Below are positions 38,827 to 49,827 of a DNA stretch of 64,000 bases, in pieces. The notes beneath the pieces are model-generated. The model made no database searches and had not been told where the DNA came from. It saw only the letters and a program-made list of their open reading frames with translations. The first letter of the stretch is position 1, and each line of letters begins with the position of its first letter. This DNA comes from an uncultured Verrucomicrobiae bacterium (GTDB lineage Bacteria; Verrucomicrobiota; Verrucomicrobiia; Limisphaerales; Palsa-1400), in NCBI GenBank assembly GCA_963702845.1, contig OY969763.1, positions 1,280,001 to 1,344,000 of the forward strand, read 5' to 3'. Position numbers and translations under genes: made by a program.

Positions 38827-39602
38827 AACGTGAGCGCCTTTCGACGAAACGCAAGACAGGCCAGACCTAGAAAAATTGCCGAATAAACCAGCCCGTAAAC
38901 CGCGGCAATCAACCACGGCCCCCACGCGACAACGCCACGATCGTGAATAATCCAATCGCGCAAATCATAGAATTCCAGATGCGGAATAACGTAGTAGACC
39001 GCCGAAGTGATCGTGGCGGAGACACCGCGCATCCGAGCCGCCAGTTGGTTCAAGTGCCCGCCGAGCAACATGATGCCGGCAACGACGATGAAGCAGATTG
39101 TCGCATTTGATGATACCGCTGTGAACACGAGCGACCCCCACAAAACCAGCGCAATGACAATGCCCAGAAAAATCCAGTGAAAGAACAGCGCCTGCAAGTA
39201 CGGGACCACCGGCCAGAAATGTTCACGCGCTCCGCTGATCACGCCGAAGAACAGGTAGAAAACGACCAGCACCAGTGCGCACGCCATCCAGCAGCCGGTA
39301 AATTTGCCAATGATCATTTGATTGCGGCTGACCGGTTTGGCGAGCAGCGGGAAAATCGTGCGGCTTTCGCGTTCAGCGGGAATCTGGCGCGCCGCTGTCG
39401 TAATCGCGATCACCAGGCTGGAAACCCAGATCAGAAGCAGACAGATTTCCTTCAAATAACGAACGATCTTGTCATCGTTGAAAATATTCACTGACCCCAT
39501 GACGAGCGTAATCAGCGCAGTCAGGACGAACAGCACATAGAAATCCTTGCGTCGATACATCTCCTTCAGGACAACGGTGGCGATGGCAAAAATGTTGTTC
39601 AT
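38823..39602 (-). CDS. ABC-2 type permease
   Basis: ERESRTIFPLLAKPVSR....GKF, multiple TMs. Confidence 0.9.
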   Translation of the reverse strand: MNNIFAIATVVLKEMYRRKDFYVLFVLTALITLVMGSVNIFNDDKIVRYLKEICLLLIWVSSLVIAITTAARQIPAERESRTIFPLLAKPVSRNQMIIGKFTGCWMACALVLVVFYLFFGVISGAREHFWPVVPYLQALFFHWIFLGIVIALVLWGSLVFTAVSSNATICFIVVAGIMLLGGHLNQLAARMRGVSATITSAVYYVIPHLEFYDLRDWIIHDRGVVAWGPWLIAAVYGLVYSAIFLGLACLAFRRKALTL

Positions 39603-40345
39603 GCTTTGTCGTATCCGACGATTTTCAAAAACACGCGTTCAAGATTGGTTTGATATTTCGCGGTGATATCCGCAACGCGCCCTTCCTCTTTGAGTTCGCC
39701 CTGGCACAAAATTCCGATTCGATCGCAAACCGTTTCAACTTCTCCAAGTTCGTGCGACGAAAAGAAAACCGTTTTGCCCCGCTCTTTCAGGCGCTGGATA
39801 ATTTCTCGCACCTTCATGCGTCCCAACGGATCCAGGCCGCTGGTCGGTTCATCGAGAATCAGCAGGTCGGGATCATTAATGAGCGCCTGGGCCAGACCAG
39901 CACGTTGTTGCATGCCTTTTGAATATGTCTTGATCAGGCGCGTGCGAGCGTGGTCGAGTTCGACAAGTTTCAGAACCTCGTCGATGCGTTTTTCGCGCTC
40001 CGATTTGGGAATGTTGAAAATCTTAGCGTAAAACCTAAGCAGTTCTTCCGCGTTGAGAAACTTGTAGTAATAGGTCAGCTCCGGCAAATAGCCGATGCGT
40101 TGACGGGCGATCGGCTCGCGGACATCGACGCCAAAGATAGAAGCGCTCCCGCCGGTCGGATTCACGAACCCGAGCAGCACGTTCATCGTCGTTGTTTTGC
40201 CGGCGCCGTTCGGGCCAAGAAAGCCAAAGACTTCGCCTGCGGACACTTTGAGGCTCAGGCCATTGACGGCGAGCTTCGTCCGCTGGCCGAGTTCGCGCGA
40301 AGGGTATTCGACGCGTAAATCCTTGATTTCAACAACCGCGTTCAC
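39599..40345 (-). CDS. ABC ATP-binding protein
   Basis: GPNGAGKTT, YSKGMQQR, ILDEPTSGLDP, SSH. Confidence 0.95.
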   Translation of the reverse strand: MNAVVEIKDLRVEYPSRELGQRTKLAVNGLSLKVSAGEVFGFLGPNGAGKTTTMNVLLGFVNPTGGSASIFGVDVREPIARQRIGYLPELTYYYKFLNAEELLRFYAKIFNIPKSEREKRIDEVLKLVELDHARTRLIKTYSKGMQQRAGLAQALINDPDLLILDEPTSGLDPLGRMKVREIIQRLKERGKTVFFSSHELGEVETVCDRIGILCQGELKEEGRVADITAKYQTNLERVFLKIVGYDKA

Positions 40346-40466
40346 GAGGTCAGAATATAGTAGGGTAAGGGAAAAATGGAAGGGAAACTAAGGAGTTCCA
40401 TTTGACTCCAATGTAACTTTGAACCTTTACTTGACCGCGCGCCTAACTTCCAAAATGTTTAAGGGA

Positions 40467-41396
40467 ATGCAACCGGACTCTCGAATTTACGTGGCGGGTC
40501 ACCGGGGATTAGTCGGCAGCGCCATTTGGCGTGAATTGGAACGACAGGGATGTCAGTGCCTCATCGGCAAAACGCGCAAGGAACTTGACCTGATGGACTC
40601 CGTGGTCGTCGACAGATTCTACGCACAAGAGCAGCCGGAATTCGTTTTCATCGCAGCGGCAAAAGTTGGCGGCATCCTGGCCAACAACAATCAACCGGCC
40701 GAGTTCCTGTTCGAGAATCTGGAAATTCAAAACAACCTCATCCACGGCGCCTATCGCGCAGGGGTGAAGAAGTTATTGTTCCTTGGCAGTTCGTGCATCT
40801 ACCCGAAACTCGCACCTCAACCGCTCAAAGAAGATTATCTGCTGACCGGCCCCCTCGAGCCGACCAACGAATGGTATGCCATTGCGAAAATCGCCGGCAT
40901 CAAGATGTGCCAAGCCTATCAGCGTCAATACGGCTGCAATTTCATCAGCGCCATGCCGACCAACATGTATGGGCCGAACGACAATTATAATTTGCAGACA
41001 TCGCACGTGTTACCGGCATTGATTCGCAAGTTTCACGAAGCGAAGGTTGCTGCTGCCGCGACAGTCACCTGCTGGGGAACAGGGTCTCCCTTACGCGAGT
41101 TCTTGTATTCCGATGATCTCGGCGCGGCCTGCGTTTTCCTCATGCGCAATTATAATGAGCAACAGTTCATCAATGTCGGCTCAGGGTGCGAAGCATCGAT
41201 TAAAGATGTGTCGGAGCTGGTCAAAGAGATCGTCGGGTTCAAAGGCGACATTGTTTGGGACAAATCAAAACCCGATGGCACACCGCGAAAGTTGATGGAC
41301 AGCTCCCGGCTTTTCGCGCTCGGTTGGAAGCCGAAATTCGACTTGCGCACGGGTATTGGTTTGGCTTACCAGGATTTCCTGCAAAAGACGAAGTAA
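40467..41396 (+). CDS. fcl: GDP-L-fucose synthase
   Basis: [52 protein letters not shown]. Confidence 0.95.
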   Translation: MQPDSRIYVAGHRGLVGSAIWRELERQGCQCLIGKTRKELDLMDSVVVDRFYAQEQPEFVFIAAAKVGGILANNNQPAEFLFENLEIQNNLIHGAYRAGVKKLLFLGSSCIYPKLAPQPLKEDYLLTGPLEPTNEWYAIAKIAGIKMCQAYQRQYGCNFISAMPTNMYGPNDNYNLQTSHVLPALIRKFHEAKVAAAATVTCWGTGSPLREFLYSDDLGAACVFLMRNYNEQQFINVGSGCEASIKDVSELVKEIVGFKGDIVWDKSKPDGTPRKLMDSSRLFALGWKPKFDLRTGIGLAYQDFLQKTK

Positions 41397-41444
41397 GTCG
41401 TTCTTGAAATCGCGTGGCAACAGGAGCAAAACGGGCGTTACCTC

Positions 41445-42692
41445 ATGAGCACTTTGTTGAACCCCAAGCGGACAATCGCGGAACTTAAGGAACTTCGTCA
41501 ATTGACCGGTGATGAGAATGGCGCACAGCGCATTGCATTTACGAAAAATTGGTTGAAGGCGCGCGCCTGGTTTAAAGAAAAGGTCAAAGGCCTGCCGCTC
41601 GAGGTTCACAACGACGAAGCGGGCAACGCATGGCATACGTTGCACGGCCAATCGGATAAAGCGTTATTGATCGGTGGCCATATCGATTCCGTGCCGAACG
41701 GTGGCTGGCTTGATGGATGCCTGAACATTGTCGCCGGCATCGAAATTCTCCGACGCATCAACGCCCAATACAACGGCAAGCCGCCGGTGACCGTGCGATT
41801 GGTCGACTGGGCGGATGAAGAGGGAGCGCGGTTCGGTAAGAGCCTGTTCGGTTCGTCCGCATGTTCCGGCAATCTGGACATGAACGAAGCACGCGGCTTA
41901 AAGGATAAAGACGGAATTCGTTTGCCCGATGCGTTGAAGGATGTCGGTGTGGATTTTGAACGCGCCAAAGAAAGCGGCAAGGAATTGAAGAATGCCGCTG
42001 CATATATTGAACTCCACATCGAGCAAGGTCCGGTATTGCTGGACTTGAACCTTCCGCTTGGCGCCGTTCTCGGAACCTTCGGCGTGGAGCGTCATGCGAT
42101 TACTTTCAAAGGCCAGGCCGCGCATTCCGGCAGCACGCCGATGAACCGGCGCAAAGACGCGTTCCTCGCTGCCGCAAAAATGAGTCCCGAGATTTACAAG
42201 ATCGCGGAGCGCAGCAAAGGCGGCGTTTGCACGATTGGCTCATGCACGACCAAGCCCGGCATTGTGACCAGCGTTGTTGAAGAATGTCGCATCACGCTCG
42301 ACCAACGCCATCTCGACGGCCCCGCGCTGAACCGCATGTTCAAAGAAGCGCAAGAAGCCAGCCAGCGCTTTGCCACCAAAGGAAACGTAGGGGTTTCCTG
42401 GGAGCGCCTTTGGCAAATTGATCCGCGTCCCTTTAACAATGATCTCATCGCGCTCTGTGATGAATCGATTCGCGAAACGTGTGGGCAATCGCATCGACTG
42501 CCTTCGGGCCCGTTGCATGATGCCGCCGAAGTTGCGGCCGCCGGAGTGCCGACCGTCATGATGTTTGTCCAAAGCTTACACGGCATCAGCCACAACAAAA
42601 TCGAAGACACCAAAGAAGAGCACCTGGAAATGTGCGTGGCCGCTTTCGACAAGCTGGCGGAAAAGACGATGAATTGGATTTCGAGAAAATAA
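41445..42692 (+). CDS. Zn-dependent carbamoylase/allantoate amidohydrolase (M20)
   Basis: GHIDSVPNGG.LDG, DEEGARF, ELHIEQGPVL, HSGSTPM, HDAA, GISH. Confidence 0.9.
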   Translation: MSTLLNPKRTIAELKELRQLTGDENGAQRIAFTKNWLKARAWFKEKVKGLPLEVHNDEAGNAWHTLHGQSDKALLIGGHIDSVPNGGWLDGCLNIVAGIEILRRINAQYNGKPPVTVRLVDWADEEGARFGKSLFGSSACSGNLDMNEARGLKDKDGIRLPDALKDVGVDFERAKESGKELKNAAAYIELHIEQGPVLLDLNLPLGAVLGTFGVERHAITFKGQAAHSGSTPMNRRKDAFLAAAKMSPEIYKIAERSKGGVCTIGSCTTKPGIVTSVVEECRITLDQRHLDGPALNRMFKEAQEASQRFATKGNVGVSWERLWQIDPRPFNNDLIALCDESIRETCGQSHRLPSGPLHDAAEVAAAGVPTVMMFVQSLHGISHNKIEDTKEEHLEMCVAAFDKLAEKTMNWISRK

Positions 42693-42695
42693 CAG

Positions 42696-42941
42696 ATGCC
42701 GAAATTCCGAATTCATTGGCAAGCATCCGGGAAAACCGAGACCTGTGATCTCAATGCTGCATCGGCATCGGATGCCTCTATCGCTTTTAGTGCATATCGT
42801 GTTAAAGGAGTTTCTGTCGTGAAGATTGAGCGTCTGGACGACGACGCGCCGGGTGTGCCGGTGCCGGCAGCTAATCCGGATCGTCCGTTCAATCCTCTCA
42901 AGTCACATCGTTTGTTGGACAGAGAAGATGATGCCCGTTAG
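42696..42941 (+). CDS. Hypothetical protein
   Basis: 81 aa ORF starting 3 nt after the amidase stop. Confidence 0.5.
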   Translation: MPKFRIHWQASGKTETCDLNAASASDASIAFSAYRVKGVSVVKIERLDDDAPGVPVPAANPDRPFNPLKSHRLLDREDDAR

Positions 42942-43957
42942 GAGGCGACGGCCTTCGGCGCCGCCGTGCTTTGACGAATCACGATTGCGGCGGATAGACG
43001 GGTTGAAACAGGTTGGTGTCCGTGCAGATACTGTTTCATTAATTCCACTGCGGCGCGGCCGAGACGTGCTTTTGGTTGGCGCACTGTCGTGAGCGGAATC
43101 CGGAAATGTTCGCTCGTCAGAATATTGCCAAAACCCGTGATTGAAATGTCCTCCGGAACCTTTGCTCCTTGCCGGATTAATGTGTTCGCCGCGCCGATTG
43201 CGACCATGTCATTCACGGCTTGAATGGCGGTGACCTGGGTTCCCTCATTAATCAGCTGCAACGCGGCCGATTCGCCTTCTTCGATCGTGGCACCGGCTGA
43301 GAAAATGAGTCTGTCGTCGACTTCCATGCCCGATTCCCGCAGGGCGCGCCGATAGCCTTCCAGACGTTCCTGCGCGAGCGGTGACGCCATCGGGCCGGAA
43401 AGGAAGGCGATCCGCTTGTGACCAAGTTCAAGCAGATGCTTTGTTATCGCGTAGCTGCCCTGAAGATCGTCACCTTCGACATTCACGAATTGCTGACAGA
43501 ACGGCGCGCGTTGGCCGAGGATAATCGTCGGCACGTGCCGATTGAAAATTTCGTTGTAAATCGGAGCAGTCGGTTCGAGCCGATACACCGGAACGATAAA
43601 CAGTCCATCAACTCGTCGAGCGAGCAGTCGTCGAATACACGCTTCTTCGCGCTCTTGAATATTTAACGTGTGCGCGATGATCAGGTCGTAGCCCATTTCG
43701 TGCGCACTTTCCTCAATCGCAGACACCATGCGCGCGAACACTGGATTCACAATGGTGGGCAGCAGCAGCCCGAGTAAGCGAGTTGTGCGACTGCGCAGTC
43801 CTTGCGCCGCCGAGTCCGGCACGTAACCCATTTGCTGCGCCAAAAGTTTGATGCGCGTTTTTGTGTTCGCCGAAATATCCGGCGCGTTGCGCATGGCCTT
43901 GGAGACGGTCATGACCGAAACTCCAGCGGCAGCGGCGATGTCTTTTAAGCGAACCAT
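42938..43957 (-). CDS. LacI-family regulator
   Basis: LKDIA..AGVS..TVS HTH, GHKRIAF, VPEDISITGF, LTTVRQ. Confidence 0.95.
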   Translation of the reverse strand: MVRLKDIAAAAGVSVMTVSKAMRNAPDISANTKTRIKLLAQQMGYVPDSAAQGLRSRTTRLLGLLLPTIVNPVFARMVSAIEESAHEMGYDLIIAHTLNIQEREEACIRRLLARRVDGLFIVPVYRLEPTAPIYNEIFNRHVPTIILGQRAPFCQQFVNVEGDDLQGSYAITKHLLELGHKRIAFLSGPMASPLAQERLEGYRRALRESGMEVDDRLIFSAGATIEEGESAALQLINEGTQVTAIQAVNDMVAIGAANTLIRQGAKVPEDISITGFGNILTSEHFRIPLTTVRQPKARLGRAAVELMKQYLHGHQPVSTRLSAAIVIRQSTAAPKAVAS

Positions 43958-44000
43958 TAGAGAAGTGACAAGTTATCAGTGATGAGTGGCAAGTGATACA

Positions 44001-44900
44001 TCATACAGCAGAGCCGCTCCAATGCAGTTTGCGACGAATCGTCTCGAAAAACGAAGTGCCGCCCGGATGCAACAAATTCACCACTCGCGCACTCCTGCGA
44101 ATGGTCACCACGTCGCCAACCGCCAATGACGTTTCGAGATGCCCATCAGCAGCTACAATGGTTTCCACGTTCTCGGTGACGAGCTTCACTTTGATCGTTG
44201 AATCGAGACTGACAACAAGCGATCGATTGGACAGCGCGTGCGCACAAATAGGCGTGATCGCAAAAACGTTCGCGTCAGGTTTGATGATCGGCCCGCCGGC
44301 AGAAAGTGAGTAAGCTGTCGAACCGGTTGGCGAGCTGACAATCAAACCGTCCCCGCGATAGCACGTCAGCGGCTCACCATCGACACTGACATCAACATCG
44401 ATGACGCGGGACGCTGCACCGTGGCTGATCACGATGTCGTTCAGGGCGGACATCGTTACCGGTTTCGTCGAGCATTCGGCGGCGGCTTCGATCAGCGAGC
44501 GGCGTTCGACGGAAAAATTGCGCTCCCAAATTTTCCTGAGCGCTGACGCGAGTTGATGTGATGGAACAGCCGTCAGAAAACCAAGCCGTCCAAGGTTAAT
44601 TCCCAATATCGGAGTCTGACTGCCGTCAATTTCCGCAACGACCCGCAAAATGGTTCCGTCACCGCCAAAAACAAGGAGCAGATCCACCGACCGGGCGAGC
44701 GCGGCAAAGTCGCGATACGTTTCGCACTTTAGCTTTGCAAACGACGCACTTGTTTCGTCAGTGGCAGCCGCGTGCCCGGCTTTTTTGATCAGCGAGACGG
44801 CGCGTTGCAACGCGGCGCGGCTGGCCGGTTTATCGGAATTTGCGATGAGGCCGACGCGATGAATCGACGGCGGGCGATTGTTGTTACGCGTCTTTTTCAA
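44001..44900 (-). CDS. nadK: NAD kinase
   Basis: GGDGT, GINLGRLGFL, ALND, DGLIVSSPTGSTAYSLSAGGP. Confidence 0.95.
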   Translation of the reverse strand: MKKTRNNNRPPSIHRVGLIANSDKPASRAALQRAVSLIKKAGHAAATDETSASFAKLKCETYRDFAALARSVDLLLVFGGDGTILRVVAEIDGSQTPILGINLGRLGFLTAVPSHQLASALRKIWERNFSVERRSLIEAAAECSTKPVTMSALNDIVISHGAASRVIDVDVSVDGEPLTCYRGDGLIVSSPTGSTAYSLSAGGPIIKPDANVFAITPICAHALSNRSLVVSLDSTIKVKLVTENVETIVAADGHLETSLAVGDVVTIRRSARVVNLLHPGGTSFFETIRRKLHWSGSAV

Positions 44901-45624
44901 GGAGCACTAAAAATTCTTTGTTCCCGGCCGGACCGAGCAGGGGGGATTCAACTTGGACGCGCCACTTCAAGGTTGTTTTGTGGGTCACAAAATCGCGCAA
45001 TTCCTCTAGCACGCGCGTATGCACCGCTGGGTCGGTGATGACGCCGGCGCCTTTGTCGGCTTCTGCTTTGCCCGCTTCGAACTGAGGTTTAACAAGCGCC
45101 ACGATTTTTCCGAGAGGTTGCAGTAAACCGAACGCTGCGGGAAGAATTTTCCGCAACGAGATAAACGAACAGTCGATGACAATGATGTCTGCGCCGGTAA
45201 ATGGTTTGCGAAAATGTTCTTTCGTGAGCGCGCGGGCATTTGTCTTTTCCATGACAACGACGCGTGGATCGCGCCGGAGTTTCCAGGCGAGTTGACCGTG
45301 CCCAACATCGACCGCGTAAACCCGTTTAACCCCACGCTGCAAAAGACAGTCGGTAAACCCGCCCGTCGAAGCACCAAGGTCGACTGCGATCAGGCCGTTT
45401 ACATCAAGTTTGAATTCGTCGAGCGCATGTTCCAGTTTGTGCCCGCCGCGACTGACATATTTTTCGGGAGCATCGACGGTAATGGTGTCTTCGGGGCTGA
45501 CGTCGTCGCTTGGTTTTTTGGCTTGTTGCCCATTGACGCGAACCTGCCCGGCGAGAATAGAGCGTTTCGCTTTCTCGCGGCTTTCAGAGACGTGAAGATC
45601 AACCATTGCCTGGTCCAGGCGCAT
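44884..45624 (-). CDS. tlyA: TlyA-family rRNA methyltransferase
   Basis: S4 domain, YVSRGG.KL, DLGASTGGFTD, LVKPQFE, G..GN.EF. Confidence 0.95.
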   Translation of the reverse strand: MRLDQAMVDLHVSESREKAKRSILAGQVRVNGQQAKKPSDDVSPEDTITVDAPEKYVSRGGHKLEHALDEFKLDVNGLIAVDLGASTGGFTDCLLQRGVKRVYAVDVGHGQLAWKLRRDPRVVVMEKTNARALTKEHFRKPFTGADIIVIDCSFISLRKILPAAFGLLQPLGKIVALVKPQFEAGKAEADKGAGVITDPAVHTRVLEELRDFVTHKTTLKWRVQVESPLLGPAGNKEFLVLLEKDA

Positions 45625-46116
45625 TGCTGGAACGTAAAGGCTAAGGGCTGAAGGCTAAAGGCTAAATTTCTCAAAACGCGGAATTTTGCGGAATCTTACG
45701 GAAATCTGCGGGAGATTCCTTTCAAATGTGGCTGTTTTCGACATTGCTGATTAACGCAAACCCCCTCGCGCTCAGGTTGAAACATCAAAAGGTGCTTTTT
45801 TTGAGGGGGTGGTCGTTTTTAACCGAAACTACCCGCAACTATCCGTAACTGCCTTCGTTTTCCTAAGCAAAATCGCGTTTTCCAATTCGGACAAATTGGG
45901 ACGATTCCGGACATGCTGCCGGACCGAGATTTCAATGAACAAACGGACTCATCTAAGAAGAGCTTCGACGTTGCCCGATGCTGGGAAGGACCGGCGACCT
46001 CTGCACATTATATGGTGAAGTTACGGCTTGTCAATGTCTGGCGTCGCTCTACATTGGTTGTATGTTTCGCTTGCACACCCGCTGGTTGACAGGCAGCTAT
46101 AGGGAGGATCAGCGCC

Positions 46117-47187
46117 ATGAATGAGATCAAACTGAAACTGGAATATTATCTGGCGCTCGCGCTTATCCTCCTGCTGTTCGTTGGCTGCATTGTTGTCTTG
46201 TCTCCGTTCGTCTCCGCTTTGCTCTGGGCCATGATTCTCTGTTATTCCTGCTGGCCGATTTATGAACGCCTTCTGAAAATCCTCGGCGGGCGTCGCACGT
46301 TGGCGGCGTTTGTCATGGCGGTTCTGATCACCCTGGTAATCCTGCTTCCGTTTGCGATTGTTGGCTTCAGCCTTTCGGACAATGTCCGCGATTTAAATGT
46401 CGCTGCGCATCGCTGGATGGACGAAGGGTTGCCACCTGCGCCGATGTGGCTGGGAAAAACCCCACTTGCTGGCTCCTTCCTGGTTGAAAAATGGAACTCT
46501 ATCGGCGGCCAGAACACGGGAATGCTCAAGGAAGCTAAAGGCGTGATCGAGCCTCTCAGTGCGTGGTTCTTGAAAATCGGAATCGCCACCGGACTTGGCC
46601 TGACCCACATGGCCATGAGCATCTTTATTTCGTTCTTCCTGTTCCGCGACGGTCGCGCGATGGCTGAGTGGCTTCATACGGCAATCAACAAGATTTCCGG
46701 TGAACGCGGTAAACGTATGTTGGCGCTCGCTGGACAAACCGTTCGCGGTGTCGTCTATGGGATTTTGGGAACGGCAATTGTCCAGGCCGTTATGGCCGGA
46801 ATCGGCTTTCTCATCGCGGGCGTTCCCGGCGCACTGCTTCTGGGCTTCCTCACATTTTTTCTGTCGGTCATTCCGGCTGGACCGCCGCTCATTTGGATAC
46901 CGGTTTCGATCTGGCTATTTGCGCAAGGCCAACATGGCTGGGGAACCTTCATGGTCATTTGGGGAATTGGCGTCAGCAGCGTGGACAATGTTGTGAAACC
47001 GTGGTTGATCAGCCAGGGAAGCGACCTTCCGTTCCTCCTTATTTTCTTCGGAGTGGTCGGCGGTGCGATCGCGTTTGGGTTCATCGGCGTTTTCCTTGGA
47101 CCGACGTTGATTGCGGTTGGTTACCGAATGATTTCCGAATGGGCCGCTGAAAATCGTGCGGGAGAAACGAAGCCGGCCTTGCCCTAA
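46117..47187 (+). CDS. AI-2E family transporter
   Basis: Multi-TM, VDNVVKP.LI, GVVGG..AFG.IG.FLGP. Confidence 0.9.
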   Translation: MNEIKLKLEYYLALALILLLFVGCIVVLSPFVSALLWAMILCYSCWPIYERLLKILGGRRTLAAFVMAVLITLVILLPFAIVGFSLSDNVRDLNVAAHRWMDEGLPPAPMWLGKTPLAGSFLVEKWNSIGGQNTGMLKEAKGVIEPLSAWFLKIGIATGLGLTHMAMSIFISFFLFRDGRAMAEWLHTAINKISGERGKRMLALAGQTVRGVVYGILGTAIVQAVMAGIGFLIAGVPGALLLGFLTFFLSVIPAGPPLIWIPVSIWLFAQGQHGWGTFMVIWGIGVSSVDNVVKPWLISQGSDLPFLLIFFGVVGGAIAFGFIGVFLGPTLIAVGYRMISEWAAENRAGETKPALP

Positions 47188-47236
47188 CGAATGCGAAGGC
47201 GAATGCGGGTGCGTCAAACTTCAAGCGCGACGCTGA

Positions 47237-49309
47237 TTACTTGCCGGATTCAAAAACCTTCTGGGACACCGTGATTGGGCCGTTCACTGTTGCGGACAGC
47301 GGCGGGAAACCTTGCTGTTCGTTTTGGCTGAAGTTGACGGTGATGGAGACGTTCCCGTTGGTCGTTTGGAAGGTGGTTCGCTGCACGAGTCGGTCCTGCG
47401 TTAGACAATCAAAAGCGGTTAGATGCGCGGTTGCGAGTTGACGGTGGAGCGGGCTCCAAAATGTGACGTGTTTCAGGATTTCATTGCGCCGCTTCGGCCA
47501 CATTTCGCGGTTCAGATGATACATGGGCGGAACCATGTAGAGGATTTCCATCAGTTCGCGGGTTTGTTTTACGTCGGATAATTTGAGCGAATCGAACGAC
47601 CAGTGGTGGTTGACAATCAGTTCGTCCCCGAGCGCGGCTTGAAAGAGAGGGATGCGCACGGTGGGATCGAAGTATGGCGTCATCAGCGATGGCGGCACGA
47701 CCGCGGGTTTAAACGAGTTGTCCGGTGTATCGGACGGCCAAAAACGGCCAAGGTAAGACTTGCTGCTCTTATCACGAAAAGCAGGATCGAGATGGCCGAT
47801 GTAGGGCGTTTGAATGCCGTGACCGAAATGGATGACATCGGCGAAAAGCACGGAACCGCCTTCGCTCCCGACGACCATGTGATGGTTGGTCTCGAGCCAG
47901 TCCAAACGCTGGCGTCGAATTTTCGTATCATCGATTCGCGTGGCGGGATGAGCGGGATTGTAATCATCAAAACATTCGGCGGTGGCATCGCAATCAATGA
48001 ACCAGGCGGAGTAAGGCGCTTGGGCGGTGATACGGTTGACGCGTTGTTTGACGTAAGGCCAGGCGGCTTGCGGGGCGAAGAAGTAGCCTCGTTTTTTGAA
48101 TCCCGCGCGGCCCGAGCCATCGGCTTTGAGGACACGGCCATTCTCGTAGGCGGCGTTATCGAATTGGGCGGTTTCCCACGTGTTATCCGGAAGGGCTTTG
48201 GGCGAATGGACGGAGTGATAGGAATCGTAGGGGCCGAGCAGAAAGCCAAACTTGTCCGCTTGCGCGACGACGTCGGGCCGGAACGATTCGCTGTAAAGAT
48301 CGCCTAACAGCAGGAGAGCGCGGTCGATTCCCGCTGCGTGGAGGTTCTCCAACATCGGAAGGGACAGGCCGTCACCCCAGGTCTCGGGGGAATTGAGGTA
48401 ATCGGGAAAGGCATCGTGCAACGCCTTTTGATTTCGGTGGATTACTTCGGATGGAGCAACGTCGGGGGCTGGTTTTAGTAGATCACCTTTGCTGAGCGCT
48501 TTGTTGATGGCTTCCGAAATGGCGACGGTCAGATAGTTCATCGGCCATTGCGCGGAGGCTAATTCATTCACCGCTTGGCGATCTGCTTTGGAAAAAGTTT
48601 GTAAGAGTAGACCGCCGAAACTGTTGCTGGGCGCACTCTGCAGGGCTTTCGCAAACGGACTCCAGTTCTTCGCTGGAACATCGTGCTTCGAAAAGAGCGC
48701 CGGGCCCCACAGATAGAAATGAGGTGCGCCGGCGAGGCGGCCGGCTTTTTCGAGGTCGGCGAATTTTTGCGTGAGCGTTCGCGGTCGGGGGATCTCGCCG
48801 ATGTCGGCGGCGGTGCATCGCCATTCGCGAAAGGCTCGCGCGACTTCCAACGGATCGCCCGCGCGTTGTTGGACGACGATATCGACGGGCGATGCGTTCG
48901 GGCGTCCTTTCGGCATCGTGAATTGAATGCCGATGCGATTGGAGACAACCAACTCCGCGTAGCTTGGCCACGGGACGATGACGACGAGCAATTTATCGCG
49001 GTAACGCACGCCCAGGGCCGGAAGGTCGGTGAGTTCCCACGGCGAGTCGTTGGTCAGGAAATGCATCTGGTCGGCGCGGGCCGGGTTGACGACGATCCCG
49101 GCGGAGATGGGCAGGACGTATTCGTCGGCGCCGGCGGGCAGCCACCAGGTGAATTGTCCGGAATCGCCGACCTCAGCTTTGAGGACGGTTGGGCTGTTGC
49201 TGATTTGGTTGAGAGTGAGGGTGCGTTCCTGGGCTGCGGGCGCGTTGAGTGAAAGTGCGGCGATGAACGCGAGCAAGAATCGAAACGGAAGGGCAATAGG
49301 TTGGGTCAT
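47237..49309 (-). CDS. Secreted glycoside hydrolase (GH129-like, tentative)
   Basis: Signal peptide, GAPH.YLWG, GPYDSYHS, WFIDCDA, VGSEGG, HHW..DSLK. Confidence 0.6.
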   Translation of the reverse strand: MTQPIALPFRFLLAFIAALSLNAPAAQERTLTLNQISNSPTVLKAEVGDSGQFTWWLPAGADEYVLPISAGIVVNPARADQMHFLTNDSPWELTDLPALGVRYRDKLLVVIVPWPSYAELVVSNRIGIQFTMPKGRPNASPVDIVVQQRAGDPLEVARAFREWRCTAADIGEIPRPRTLTQKFADLEKAGRLAGAPHFYLWGPALFSKHDVPAKNWSPFAKALQSAPSNSFGGLLLQTFSKADRQAVNELASAQWPMNYLTVAISEAINKALSKGDLLKPAPDVAPSEVIHRNQKALHDAFPDYLNSPETWGDGLSLPMLENLHAAGIDRALLLLGDLYSESFRPDVVAQADKFGFLLGPYDSYHSVHSPKALPDNTWETAQFDNAAYENGRVLKADGSGRAGFKKRGYFFAPQAAWPYVKQRVNRITAQAPYSAWFIDCDATAECFDDYNPAHPATRIDDTKIRRQRLDWLETNHHMVVGSEGGSVLFADVIHFGHGIQTPYIGHLDPAFRDKSSKSYLGRFWPSDTPDNSFKPAVVPPSLMTPYFDPTVRIPLFQAALGDELIVNHHWSFDSLKLSDVKQTRELMEILYMVPPMYHLNREMWPKRRNEILKHVTFWSPLHRQLATAHLTAFDCLTQDRLVQRTTFQTTNGNVSITVNFSQNEQQGFPPLSATVNGPITVSQKVFESGK

Positions 49310-49327
49310 GTCGGCTGCTTTGCTTTT

Positions 49328-49365
49328 GCGTGGCGCAAAGGTGAAACCGGATGGGTTAAACTTCA
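49328..49365. repeat. 38-bp dispersed repeat, copy 2 (promoter-like on minus strand)
   Basis: 36/38 identical to 17741-17778; minus strand TTGAAG-17-CACCTT just upstream of the GH gene. Confidence 0.8.
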
Positions 49366-49471
49366 AGAAGCTTTGATTAACAATTCCGGAATCACTGATT
49401 TGAATTGGTCGAGGCGGAACCTTCTACTGTTACCTTCCACGAAACCGCGACTGGAGGGCGCGTAGTCTGTA

Positions 49472-49747
49472 TTAAGGTGTGGAGAGCCTGCAGATCGCTT
49501 CGGACTCGACGAAACCGGACACATTCAGCTGGCCGGAAAACCATCCCGAGAAGTCGATGTTAAAAAAACGCCTGTCCTCGGCAATGATTTGCCTCAGTTT
49601 CTCCTCGTGTGCCTTAGCAAGTCGATCTCGATGCCTCACTGCAGCCACCTCAGCATCATGCCGATATTGTAGTATGCAGCAGAAGGCGAAGAAGAACGCG
49701 ATCGCGATAATTACTAGTATGACTATTTTCTTCGCTCGCGTAAGCAT
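49472..49747 (-). CDS. Small membrane-anchored hypothetical protein
   Basis: 91 aa, N-terminal TM, follows palindrome copy 2. Confidence 0.5.
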   Translation of the reverse strand: MLTRAKKIVILVIIAIAFFFAFCCILQYRHDAEVAAVRHRDRLAKAHEEKLRQIIAEDRRFFNIDFSGWFSGQLNVSGFVESEAICRLSTP

Positions 49748-49780
49748 TTTAGTGAACGACCAATGTTCGCATATCTTATC

Positions 49781-49816
49781 CGAACAGCGGGTTGTATATC
49801 ACCAACCCGCCATTCG
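49781..49816. repeat. 36-bp palindrome, copy 2
   Basis: cgaacagcgggttgtatatcaccaacccgccattcg. Confidence 0.85.
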
Positions 49817-49827
49817 CCGCAATGTAA

